IMG/VR virus record: IMGVR_UViG_3300043451_000043
Direction: 5' to 3' (one strand)
From: a virus
Length of the DNA stretch: 64,000 bases
The notes under the pieces were generated by a model that did no database searches, was not told the DNA's origin, and saw nothing but the letters and a program-made list of their open reading frames with translations. Of the stretch, positions 20,105-29,288 are shown in pieces (within the stretch, counting starts at the first letter, position 1; each line of letters starts with the position of its first letter). Made by a program: the position numbers and the translations under genes.

Positions 20105-20893
20105 GTGGACCCAATCAGTCTTCTCCTCATGGCGCAAAGCGCAGTCGGTGCTATCCGCGCTGGCTGCCAAATGCTGTCGGAAGGCAAAGCTGAGATCAGC
20201 AAGTTCAAAAAGCAAGTTGAGGGCGGCATCGCCGACGCGAAAGCGATCTACAAAGAGGTTACGGGTATCTGGGGTTGGGTCAAATCTTTATTTGGTGCGC
20301 CTCAGAAACCTGTTGCAAGCGTTAAGCATGTTCCCGAAACCAACTTCGGGAACATCGAGCCACCCAAGCCTGTGGCGAAAAAGGCAAATCGCCAACCGGA
20401 ACCAGAGTTAAGTTATGAGGAGTTTCAAGCGCGTGCGGTGCACGACATCTGCGAAAATTTAAAGGTCTACTTTGAGGCCATGAGGCATCTCAAAGCACAT
20501 TGTCGGGAACTCGAAGAAGAGGCTCTCACCACCGAGAAGGTTGCCGATAGTGCGATTGACCGCATTGAAATCCAGTGGCAGATGCAACAGCTTTCTGCCC
20601 AACTCAAGCAGGCCATGATTTATGGCACGCCTAGAGAGCTGGGGCTTGGTGCGATGTATGAGGATTTCCTCATCAAGTACGACGAAATTGTTGAGGCGCA
20701 AGAGGTAGCCCGGGCAGTCAAGGCTAGAAACGAAAGAAACAAGGCATGGCAACGCGAGCTTCTCAAACATCATCGAATCGACCGAACAATAGCGGTAGTG
20801 GCAATTCTGGTAATGGTGGCATGGATGTGGGGCATAGTGCTATCGCTCGCATGGCTCGTGAAGACACCCAATGGTTTATCGTCGCTGTTGTGA
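20105..20893 (+). CDS. hypothetical protein with C-terminal TM segment
   Basis: GTG start. 262 aa, coiled-coil, hydrophobic C-terminus. Confidence 0.4.
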   Translation: MDPISLLLMAQSAVGAIRAGCQMLSEGKAEISKFKKQVEGGIADAKAIYKEVTGIWGWVKSLFGAPQKPVASVKHVPETNFGNIEPPKPVAKKANRQPEPELSYEEFQARAVHDICENLKVYFEAMRHLKAHCRELEEEALTTEKVADSAIDRIEIQWQMQQLSAQLKQAMIYGTPRELGLGAMYEDFLIKYDEIVEAQEVARAVKARNERNKAWQRELLKHHRIDRTIAVVAILVMVAWMWGIVLSLAWLVKTPNGLSSLL

Positions 20894-21075
20894 TCTTGAG
20901 TCTAGTATTGTTCCTAGCCCTGCCAATGTCCTTGCTGGTGTTGGTAGAAACAGAGAAAATGAAGTCGGATGTCCGACACGAGATACGCCAGTTGAAGAAG
21001 CTAAAAGAACAGTTGAAGGAACAGAATGAAAAAGCTATTGTTGTTAAGCCTGCTTCTGACCCTGCTGGGTTGTGA
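20821..21075 (+). CDS. small single-TM protein (holin candidate), alternative frame
   Basis: Start MDVGHS in the 20746-21075 frame. TM FIVAVVILSLVLFLALPMSLLVLV followed by a highly charged C-terminus, just upstream of the lysis genes. Overlaps both neighbours, so uncertain. Confidence 0.3.
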   Translation: MDVGHSAIARMAREDTQWFIVAVVILSLVLFLALPMSLLVLVETEKMKSDVRHEIRQLKKLKEQLKEQNEKAIVVKPASDPAGL

Positions 21076-21244
21076 AGAACGTTACCGCTATCATTGCCAA
21101 GACCCAAAGAATTGGGCGCAGAAGCGATGCCAGCGCCCCGACTGTCAGTTCACCCAAGACTGTCCTGATTACCTCGTAGCACCTATTTTGGAGAAGCCAA
21201 GTGTCCCACAAGCACCAGCATCAACAGCGTCTTCTGACCGCTGA
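21026..21244 (+). CDS. putative lipoprotein
   Basis: MKKLLLLSLLLTLLGC is a canonical signal peptide plus lipobox. Four Cys follow. Confidence 0.4.
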   Translation: MKKLLLLSLLLTLLGCEERYRYHCQDPKNWAQKRCQRPDCQFTQDCPDYLVAPILEKPSVPQAPASTASSDR

Positions 21245-21707
21245 AGAAATTGAGGTCCGCGTCTGGGCCGCAGTCGTCGTTATCGTGACGTTCATCCTCG
21301 CGGGTATCGTCATGTTCATGCTCTACAGCTTGGCCTACGTAACGCAGCCTATCAAGAGTATGGCCCCGATGGACCAAGCCTTTGCCAAGATGCTCAACGA
21401 CATTGTGTTGTTGATCGTCGGCGGTATTGGCGGTGTTATGTCCAAGAAGGGCGTGCAGGCTATTTCAGAACGTATGGCTACCGCACAGGTGCCACCCCCA
21501 CAGCCCCAAGCCGTAGCGCCAAGTCCTAGCCCCGCGCCTACGGCTCAACCGGGCATGTTTGATTTCAACTTCAACGGTTTCAAGAACCCTGAGCTTGACG
21601 AAGAGTGGCGTGCACCCCCTCCACCTACTACCCCACCTGACTACGTGGACCCTGCTGTGGAGGAGATTGCCCATGAGCGAGCCGCAGCCAAGCGAGAGTC
21701 AACATGA
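21201..21707 (+). CDS. membrane protein (holin candidate)
   Basis: Two predicted TM helices (VWAAVVVIVTFILAGIVMF, IVLLIVGGIGGVMS), Pro-rich C-terminal tail, directly upstream of Rz. Confidence 0.35.
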   Translation: MSHKHQHQQRLLTAEEIEVRVWAAVVVIVTFILAGIVMFMLYSLAYVTQPIKSMAPMDQAFAKMLNDIVLLIVGGIGGVMSKKGVQAISERMATAQVPPPQPQAVAPSPSPAPTAQPGMFDFNFNGFKNPELDEEWRAPPPPTTPPDYVDPAVEEIAHERAAAKREST

Positions 21708-22114
21708 TTCCGAACCCCTCGATGATTCTGGGGGCTATCGTTGTCGCCTTAACTGCATATTTCTACGGCCACCATGTAGGCTATGCGCTAAAGGAAGCGG
21801 AGGACGCAGCTCTGATAGCCCAGAAGAACACCGAGATGCGCCAGCACAAGGATGAACAAGATGCCAAAGATGCCAACACCAAGCAAGAGTTTGAAGCTAA
21901 GTTGTCTAGCGTTATTGCTAGCCGCCCAAGGTTGTTCGTCCCCACCAAAGGTGGATGTGCCACCACTCCCGGCAACGATGGTCAAGCGCGAGCCGAACTT
22001 GACGGACAGACTGTTGAAGACCTTATCCGGCTCGTCGCCGAAGGAGACAGGGCCATCATCGAACTCAACTCCTGCATCGACAGGTACGAAGCCGTAAGGA
22101 ACACACTGAAATGA
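21704..22114 (+). CDS. i-spanin (Rz-like)
   Basis: N-terminal TM, charged coiled-coil periplasmic domain, contains an embedded +1 lipoprotein gene, upstream of the endolysin. Confidence 0.55.
   Translation: MIPNPSMILGAIVVALTAYFYGHHVGYALKEAEDAALIAQKNTEMRQHKDEQDAKDANTKQEFEAKLSSVIASRPRLFVPTKGGCATTPGNDGQARAELDGQTVEDLIRLVAEGDRAIIELNSCIDRYEAVRNTLK
21852..22097 (+). CDS. o-spanin (Rz1-like), embedded in the Rz frame
   Basis: 81 aa. Signal peptide with lipobox-like LAAQGC, Pro-rich mature part. Lies entirely inside 21704-22114 in another frame. Confidence 0.5.
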   Translation: MNKMPKMPTPSKSLKLSCLALLLAAQGCSSPPKVDVPPLPATMVKREPNLTDRLLKTLSGSSPKETGPSSNSTPASTGTKP

Positions 22115-22722
22115 TTACCGCATCGCAACTGACGCGTTTACATATCGACCCCGCCATGATGGACCCGCTCAATGCTACGTTCATCAAATTCAAGATCGAC
22201 ACACCCCGCAAGCAAGCTGCCTTCCTTGGCCAGTGCGGGCACGAGTGCGGCAACTTCCGCATCTTCGAAGAGAACCTGAACTACAAAGCCGCCACGCTGA
22301 TGAAGCTGTGGCCCAAGCGTTTCCCCGCCCTAGAAATTGCAAACCAGTATGCAGGCAACCCCAAGAAAATCGCGAATAACGTCTACGCTAACCGCATGGG
22401 CAATCGCGATGAGTCTAGTGGTGATGGCTATCGGTTTAGGGGTCGTGGTGGTATTCAGCTTACTGGCCACGCTAATTACTACCATGCTGGTCAAGCTCTT
22501 GGGGTGGACTTCGTAATGAACCCTGACTTGGTGGCCACGCCGCTGTACGCGATGTTGACTGCTGGGTGGTTCTGGTCTACCCACGGCTGCAATGAATTAG
22601 CCGAAGCTGCCAACTGGGTCGGTCTGACCAAGAAGATCAACGGCGGTACTATAGGTCTTGAGGACCGTGTATCCCATACAGCCCTCGCATTGAATGTGTG
22701 CGGTGAGTGCACTGTTGCCTGA
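22111..22722 (+). CDS. endolysin, glycoside hydrolase family 19-like
   Basis: QCGHECGNF, NRMGN and YRFRGRGGIQLTGHANY motifs typical of GH19 lysozymes. Confidence 0.65.
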   Translation: MITASQLTRLHIDPAMMDPLNATFIKFKIDTPRKQAAFLGQCGHECGNFRIFEENLNYKAATLMKLWPKRFPALEIANQYAGNPKKIANNVYANRMGNRDESSGDGYRFRGRGGIQLTGHANYYHAGQALGVDFVMNPDLVATPLYAMLTAGWFWSTHGCNELAEAANWVGLTKKINGGTIGLEDRVSHTALALNVCGECTVA

Positions 22723-22749
22723 AGCCCCGCTTAGTGAGAAAATCCCGCC

Positions 22750-24936
22750 ATGCCTTTACAGAAACTACAATTCCGCCCCGGTGTCAACCGTGAAGGCACA
22801 ACCCTCGCTAACGAAGGCGGCTGGTTTGATTGCGACAAGATTCGCTTTCGTTCTGGATACCCTGAAAAAATCGGTGGGTGGGTTCGTGATACCGGTGTAG
22901 CACAGGCAACCCTACAACCCCCAGTAGGTTCATATTGGGGTGTCGCACGTTCAATGTGGAATTGGATTACCTTGGGCGGCCAGAATCTTTTGGCCGTCGG
23001 TACCAACCTCAAATACTACATTCAGAACGGCCCTAACGGCTACTTCTACGACATCACACCTATACGCGTAACCCATGCAGGGATTACAAGTGCGTTCACA
23101 ACCGTTAACGGTTCTACTACTGTGACGGTTAACGACCCCGGCCACGGCGCGGTGAACAACGATTTCGTCACCATTTCTGCTGTCGGCGGTGCGGTCAACG
23201 GTATACCCGCGGCCAGCTTGAACCAAGAATTCCAGATCACGTATCTGAATTCGAACCAATACAACATCGTCGTGAACGCCCCCGCCACGTCTTCTGGCAC
23301 AGGCGGTACTGCAACGTTCACGTACCAAATCAACAGTGGTTTGGACGTTTACACATACGCAACTGGATGGGGTGCAGGTACTTGGGGCGGCGTTGTCACA
23401 GGTTCAAAAGTAACCACACTTAACACCACCGTCAATAGCAGCGCCACATCTATCGTGCTGACCTCGGCCACAGGCTTTACAACAACAGGTACGATCGTCA
23501 TCGACGCAGAATCTATTACATATTCTGGCGTCTCGACAAACACTTTGACAGGTTGCACTCGCGGTGCAAACGGCACTACTGCGGCCGCACATACCGCTGG
23601 TGCTACCGTGACGCAAGTCACTTCTTCATTCTCTGGGTGGGGCACTGCCGCTACATCTGGCGCGGTTGGCCAGCAGTTGCGTTTGTGGAGCCAATCTAAC
23701 TACGGGCAAGATTTGATCTTCAACCCCCGTGGTGGTGCGATGTACTACTGGGCGGTAAACGCAAACGTCAACACGTTTGACCGTGGCACCATCATGAAGG
23801 CTGGGGACTACATCCCCGGTTCTGGCAGCGTTGTCTATGATTCAACCACCCCGTCGATCGCCAACTTTGTCATGGTGTCAGACGCATCTCGATTTGTGAT
23901 AGCTATGGGTACCAACGACCCATCTGGCGCACTGTTCTCTGCAACACAAGACCCGTTGTTAATTCGTTGGTCGCAACAAGAACAGTTCTACACATGGACT
24001 CCCGCTGCGACAAACCAAGCAGGTGACTACCGTCTAAGTAGTGGCTCCGAGATCGTTGGCGCTTTGCAGACCCGACAAGAAATTTTGGTTTGGACCGATG
24101 CCGCGCTGTATTCCATGCAGTACCTTGGCCCACCTTATGTGTGGGGCTTCCAGATCATGGGTAGCAACCTATCCATCGCGGGACCAAACGCAATGGCTAC
24201 GGCGAACAACGTGACTTACTGGATGGGTTCAGATAAGTTTTACATGTACTCAGGCCGCGTAGAGACACTACCGTGCACTTTGCGTCAGTATGTGTTTGAC
24301 GACATCAACATGGACCAGTCTTACCAATTCTTTGCCAGCACCAATGAGGGCTACAACGAGATTTGGTGGTTCTATTGTTCGGCTGGTTCGGATGTTATCG
24401 ACAAGTATGTTGTGTTCAATCATCTTGAACGTACTTGGTACTACGGCACTATGGCCCGCACATACTGGCTCGACAGCCCCTTGCGTGCAGAACCAATGTC
24501 TGCCGGATATAACGGTCAGCTCATCTACCAAGAGACAGGTAACGACGATGGTACGACTACACCTGCTTCGCCTATTGAGGCTTACGTGCAGTCCTCTGAC
24601 TTTGATATTGGTGACGGCTACAACTTTGGCTTTGTTTGGCGGATTATTCCCGACGTGACGTTCGACGGTTCGAACGTAAACAACCCCGCAGTGACCTTCA
24701 CAGTGCGCCCACGTCAAAACCCCGGTACAAACTACGGAAGCACTGACACACCAACTGTAGCCAGCAAGCAGAACTACATTGGACAGCAGACTTACAACGT
24801 GCAGCAGTTCACCGAGTATGCGTATGTGCGGATTCGTGGGCGTCAGATGGCGTTCAAGATCAGTTCAGATGGCCTAGGTGTTGCGTGGCAGTTGGGTATG
24901 CCGCGCCTAGACGTTAAACCAGACGGACGGAGATAA
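22750..24936 (+). CDS. large virion structural protein
   Basis: 728 aa, G/T-rich beta composition, in the late operon after the lysis genes. Confidence 0.45.
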   Translation: MPLQKLQFRPGVNREGTTLANEGGWFDCDKIRFRSGYPEKIGGWVRDTGVAQATLQPPVGSYWGVARSMWNWITLGGQNLLAVGTNLKYYIQNGPNGYFYDITPIRVTHAGITSAFTTVNGSTTVTVNDPGHGAVNNDFVTISAVGGAVNGIPAASLNQEFQITYLNSNQYNIVVNAPATSSGTGGTATFTYQINSGLDVYTYATGWGAGTWGGVVTGSKVTTLNTTVNSSATSIVLTSATGFTTTGTIVIDAESITYSGVSTNTLTGCTRGANGTTAAAHTAGATVTQVTSSFSGWGTAATSGAVGQQLRLWSQSNYGQDLIFNPRGGAMYYWAVNANVNTFDRGTIMKAGDYIPGSGSVVYDSTTPSIANFVMVSDASRFVIAMGTNDPSGALFSATQDPLLIRWSQQEQFYTWTPAATNQAGDYRLSSGSEIVGALQTRQEILVWTDAALYSMQYLGPPYVWGFQIMGSNLSIAGPNAMATANNVTYWMGSDKFYMYSGRVETLPCTLRQYVFDDINMDQSYQFFASTNEGYNEIWWFYCSAGSDVIDKYVVFNHLERTWYYGTMARTYWLDSPLRAEPMSAGYNGQLIYQETGNDDGTTTPASPIEAYVQSSDFDIGDGYNFGFVWRIIPDVTFDGSNVNNPAVTFTVRPRQNPGTNYGSTDTPTVASKQNYIGQQTYNVQQFTEYAYVRIRGRQMAFKISSDGLGVAWQLGMPRLDVKPDGRR

Positions 24937-24938
24937 GC

Positions 24939-25253
24939 ATGGCGTCAAAGAATTCAATCGCCCCTCGACTACCCGCTGCACCTGTTGAATACAGCCAGCG
25001 GTTCATGGACGACCTGACAAACATCTTACGTTTGTATTTCACACAGTTGGACAACCCTTCGCCTATGCTGGCGGCGTCCCAAGGTGTAGGTACTGCTAGC
25101 GTAATTTCTGCATTAACTTTTGCACAACCTGACCCAGCTAACCCCGGGCAGTTTAAAATCAGCTTGCCAACACAGGCTGACCTTGCTAACCTCCGTTCTG
25201 GGGACGTCTACGTAGACACTTCGGCCAGCAACGTATTGAAAGTAAAAGTATGA
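24939..25253 (+). CDS. hypothetical virion-module protein
   Basis: 104-aa ORF. Confidence 0.4.
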   Translation: MASKNSIAPRLPAAPVEYSQRFMDDLTNILRLYFTQLDNPSPMLAASQGVGTASVISALTFAQPDPANPGQFKISLPTQADLANLRSGDVYVDTSASNVLKVKV

Positions 25254-26578
25254 GCCTTCACATTGCCGCAAAACATTTAGCCGCCCAAGGCCGTGGCCCC
25301 GACACAACCCTCGTCCACATGGCCCCACGCGAAGTGGCTGGCCTGCAAGCGATTGCAAAAGCCCACGGTGGTTCGCTGACGATCAACCCCGAAACCGGTC
25401 TGGCGGAAGCTGGATTCCTGTCACGCATCCTGCCTACTTTGGCGGGTGCTGCGTTGGCAGCTACCGGTGTCGGCGCTCCTATGGCGGCGTTGATGATTGG
25501 TGGAGGTACTGCGCTGGCTAAGGGTGACTTGAAAGCGGGCTTGATGGCTGGCTTGGGCGCATACGGCGGCGCTGGTTTAACAAGTGGCGCGGCCACCTTG
25601 GGTGCAGAGCAGGCTGGCACAGCCGCTGGCCAAGAAGCTGGATTGAAAGCCGGTGCGGAATCTTTGGGTACAACCCCCGAAGTTATGGCTACCCAGCAGG
25701 GGTCGCAACAAGCGTTGACAACTTCGTACCCAGACATGAGCGGCAACATCACCCCAGATACGTCATTCATCGACCCCACCAAGGCCCAACAATACAGCAA
25801 CGCGTACAGCGAGGCGTACAAGCCCGCGTTTGACGCCAACAACGTCAAGAACTTCGACAACACGATGTCGGGCTTCAAGGCCGCAGGTAACGACTTTGGC
25901 GCTTACGCAAAAGCTTCTGGTGGGTACGGTGGTTTGGCGCAATCTGGTCTGGCTGCTATGGCCCCTGCTATGGCTGACAAGCAGCCGGTCGTCCCCGGCG
26001 TGGAGCATTACAACGGCCCCTTGAGCCGTTACAGCATGTCGGAAAACTACAAGCCATACGAGGCCCAACAGCCCAACCCATACTACCAAGCGCAGTATCA
26101 AACCTACGCAGGTGGTGGTACGGTCGAGCAGATGTCTAACGCAAACGCAGTTGGCCAGAACACTGGGTACCCTCAAGCGGATATTCAAGGCCACGCGTAC
26201 GCAACGCCTTGGCAAACCCCCGTGTCTGAAAACATGGTCACCGACACCGCGGACACAGGTGTTAACCGTATGACCGGTGAAATGAACTTTGCCGCTGGCG
26301 GCCACTTGGGGGGCTACTCTGACGGCGGCCGTATGTTGAAAGGCCCCGGCGATGGCATGTCTGATTCGATTCCTGCAAAGATTGGTGCGAAGCAGCCTGC
26401 GCGTCTTGCTGATGGTGAGTTTGTTGTCCCTGCTGACGTTGTGTCTCACCTAGGTAATGGCTCTTCGGATGCTGGCGCAAAGCAGCTATACAAAATGATG
26501 GACCGCATCCGTGCGGCCCGCACTGGCAAAAAGAAACAAGCTCCGCAAGTCAACCCCGGTAAGGCCATGCCTGCATGA
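25250..26578 (+). CDS. internal virion protein candidate (G/A-rich)
   Basis: 442 aa, ATGA overlap. G/A-rich N-terminus with a predicted TM-like stretch. Confidence 0.45.
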   Translation: MSLHIAAKHLAAQGRGPDTTLVHMAPREVAGLQAIAKAHGGSLTINPETGLAEAGFLSRILPTLAGAALAATGVGAPMAALMIGGGTALAKGDLKAGLMAGLGAYGGAGLTSGAATLGAEQAGTAAGQEAGLKAGAESLGTTPEVMATQQGSQQALTTSYPDMSGNITPDTSFIDPTKAQQYSNAYSEAYKPAFDANNVKNFDNTMSGFKAAGNDFGAYAKASGGYGGLAQSGLAAMAPAMADKQPVVPGVEHYNGPLSRYSMSENYKPYEAQQPNPYYQAQYQTYAGGGTVEQMSNANAVGQNTGYPQADIQGHAYATPWQTPVSENMVTDTADTGVNRMTGEMNFAAGGHLGGYSDGGRMLKGPGDGMSDSIPAKIGAKQPARLADGEFVVPADVVSHLGNGSSDAGAKQLYKMMDRIRAARTGKKKQAPQVNPGKAMPA

Positions 26579-27036
26579 ACTACACCATAACGCTAGAGAA
26601 GTTCACTCAGAACTACAGGGAGCTTGAGCCCCTGTACCGTCAGCACTACGCTGAAATGACTGAACGCCTAGCGGCTGAGGGTGTTTTTTATAGCCCATAC
26701 GCTCCACGGTTGGATAAGTATGGTGAGGCTTGCGAGGGTGGGTGGCTTTTGAATTTTGTGGTCCGTTGTGACGGTGTTGCGGTTGGGTATAGCAATGTGT
26801 ACGTGACCAACGACATGCACAACAATGACCTGATTTGTCAAGAAGACACGGTGTTCGTTCTGAAAGAGCACCGCAACGGAATCGGTAAGAAGCTGGTTCA
26901 GTGTGTAGTTGAGGAGCTGCGATCACGTGGTGTGAAGCGGCTGATGGTGTCGGCAATGACCGACTTACGTGTGGCCAAACTCTGGAAGCGAATGGGCTTT
27001 AAAGAAATGGCGACACAAATGATTTATGAATTTTGA
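26575..27036 (+). CDS. GNAT family N-acetyltransferase
   Basis: VFVLKEHRNGIGKKLVQ matches the GNAT acetyl-CoA binding motif A (R/Q-x-x-G-x-G/A). 153 aa, the typical GNAT size. Confidence 0.6.
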   Translation: MNYTITLEKFTQNYRELEPLYRQHYAEMTERLAAEGVFYSPYAPRLDKYGEACEGGWLLNFVVRCDGVAVGYSNVYVTNDMHNNDLICQEDTVFVLKEHRNGIGKKLVQCVVEELRSRGVKRLMVSAMTDLRVAKLWKRMGFKEMATQMIYEF

Positions 27037-27044
27037 GGTGACCT

Positions 27045-28184
27045 ATGTGTGGTTCAAGTAGCCCAGCAGCTCCATCGTCGTCAACGACAAACACGTCGAA
27101 CATCCCCGAATACGCACGCCCGTACGTAGAGACAATGCTGGGTGCTACCCAGAAACAGTTGTTCGATACGAAGCAGACCGGCGGGGTGTATGACCCTAAC
27201 ACCGGCGTAACTTCGCCTACCTCTACCGAGATCACCGGCATGAAAGGCTATACGCCTTACAGTACCGATATGAACAACTATTTTGCTGGGTTCAACCCCA
27301 TGCAAGAACAAGCGTTCACCGGCGCGGCCAACCTCGGCCCTACACAACAAACTGCTGACGCTTCCACAATGGCTGGCGCTGCGGGTTTGAACGCGCTGAA
27401 CACCAACTACAACGGTATGCAAGCCACGTCACAAGACTTTGGCAACAACGCCGCTGCGCGATACATGAGCCCATACGCTATGCAAGCGTTGGCCCCTCAG
27501 TTACAAGAGCAAGCCCGTGCGTCTCAAATTGCTGGTCAGCAACAACAAGCTGAGGCTGTCGGTCGTGGCGCGTTCGGCGGTAGCCGTGACGCTTTGATGC
27601 GTGCGGAGCGCGAGCGCAATCTGGGTATCCAACAAGGTAACACGATCAGCCAAGGCTTGAACACCGCGTACAACAACGCGATGCAACAGTTCAACGCAGA
27701 CCAAGCCCGTGCAATGCAAGCGCAGACCGCCAACATTGGCCAGCAACAGTTCGGTGCCAATCTCGGTATGCAGGGTATCAACGCCGCCAATCAGGCCGCC
27801 AACACCTTGGGCACTTTGGGCCAGCAACAGTTTGGCCAAGAACAAGCCGCCATTGGCTTGCAGAACCAGCTCGGCTCTCAACAACAGGCGCTTGAGCAGA
27901 ACAAGATCAACCAAGCCATCCAGAACTACGCTACCCAACAGCAATGGGGTATGCAGCAGCTCTCCAACATGAACGCTATGTTGCGTGGCTTGCCCTTGCA
28001 GACTACATCGACACAGACCTACCAAGCTGCACCATCCACCGTATCTCAGATCGCTGGTCTTGGCTTGGCTGGTGCTGGCCTCGCTTCGAAGACAGCCGCT
28101 AAAGGTGGCTCGACCAAAGACATTAAGAAACGCCCATCCGCTGGCTTGGCCGCAGGCGCGTTGAACAAAGTAATGAAAGGCTAA
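27045..28184 (+). CDS. Q-rich internal virion protein candidate
   Basis: 379 aa, very Q/A/N-rich and helical. Confidence 0.45.
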   Translation: MCGSSSPAAPSSSTTNTSNIPEYARPYVETMLGATQKQLFDTKQTGGVYDPNTGVTSPTSTEITGMKGYTPYSTDMNNYFAGFNPMQEQAFTGAANLGPTQQTADASTMAGAAGLNALNTNYNGMQATSQDFGNNAAARYMSPYAMQALAPQLQEQARASQIAGQQQQAEAVGRGAFGGSRDALMRAERERNLGIQQGNTISQGLNTAYNNAMQQFNADQARAMQAQTANIGQQQFGANLGMQGINAANQAANTLGTLGQQQFGQEQAAIGLQNQLGSQQQALEQNKINQAIQNYATQQQWGMQQLSNMNAMLRGLPLQTTSTQTYQAAPSTVSQIAGLGLAGAGLASKTAAKGGSTKDIKKRPSAGLAAGALNKVMKG

Positions 28185-28186
28185 TC

Positions 28187-29287
28187 ATGCTGGGCAAATC
28201 AACTTCCAACATGTCGCTTGAAGAACTGCAAAAAGCAGTGATGGGCGCTAACCCCGCCATTGAGCCTTACCAAGCATTGGCTGCCATCGAGAAGATGGTC
28301 AAGGCCGAGAAAGCCAAGACCGCGCAGTTGGCTCAACAGCCGCGCCCTCAAGGTATGGTGGCCCAACGCACAATGGCCGAAGCTGCTGCACTACGTAACC
28401 CCTATATGGCGGCTGGTCTGGGCGCTGCCCCCGTCGCTTCTCCTGTGACCACCCCGATGGGTGAACAGGCTGCCCCTGTTGGTATGGCAGGCGGGGGCAT
28501 GGTTGCGTTCGCCAAAGGCGGTATCACACCCTACGAGTCTGGTTTTGAAGCCTTGTCTGATGATGAGCGCATCGCAGCCTTGCAGAAATACAAAGAAGCT
28601 CTTGGCGCGAACAACGCCGAACTGCTCTCTCCGTTAGAAGCCCAACAAGCCAAGTACGCACAAGAAGCTGAGAAGACCAAGAAGGGTGGTTTGAGTGACG
28701 CACTCCTCGCCGCAGGTCTGGGCATGATGGCTGGCAAATCCCAGTACGCCATGCAGAACATCGGTGAAGGCGGCCTAAAAGGTCTGGCCCAGTACCAAGA
28801 GTCACAGAAGGCCGCGCAAATGGCGCAAGACAAGATGTTGCAGTCTCAAGCCGATATGGCCAAGTCACGCATCGCCCTCGAAAAAGGCGACGAGACAACT
28901 GCTGCCGCACTGCAAAACCAAGCACGCCAAGAAGCACAGGCGGCTGGCCAATTCAAGCTACAAGGTCAATACTACGCTGGCTCCAACGCCGCGCAGATGG
29001 CTGCGGCTCAAAACCGTGGTTTGGCTGGTGGGTACGGCGCGGACAAGCAACGTTTGGCTGAACTCAAACTCATGTTGACCAGCAAGCAAGCAGAACTCAA
29101 AGACAAATCCATGATGCTACCAAAGAACGCCACACGTAAGGCGCAGTTGCAGGGTGAGGTGGACGAGTTGAACAAAGTGATTGCTTCGATGGCTGGGGTC
29201 GGTACAATGGCACCAAGTACCCCCGGCGCAGGCGCTGCTGGCGGTCAGAACGTATATAACTTCAACGACATTACGAAGCCTCAGTAA
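28187..29287 (+). CDS. A/Q-rich internal virion protein candidate
   Basis: 366-aa ORF, helical composition. Confidence 0.45.
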   Translation: MLGKSTSNMSLEELQKAVMGANPAIEPYQALAAIEKMVKAEKAKTAQLAQQPRPQGMVAQRTMAEAAALRNPYMAAGLGAAPVASPVTTPMGEQAAPVGMAGGGMVAFAKGGITPYESGFEALSDDERIAALQKYKEALGANNAELLSPLEAQQAKYAQEAEKTKKGGLSDALLAAGLGMMAGKSQYAMQNIGEGGLKGLAQYQESQKAAQMAQDKMLQSQADMAKSRIALEKGDETTAAALQNQARQEAQAAGQFKLQGQYYAGSNAAQMAAAQNRGLAGGYGADKQRLAELKLMLTSKQAELKDKSMMLPKNATRKAQLQGEVDELNKVIASMAGVGTMAPSTPGAGAAGGQNVYNFNDITKPQ

Positions 29288-29288
29288 C

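Noticed and set aside
20746-20893. Programmed -1 frameshift joining 20105-20893 to the 20746-21075 frame
   Set aside because: No X-XXY-YYZ slippery heptamer or downstream pseudoknot-like structure was visible in the overlap. It is more likely that one of the two frames is mis-called.
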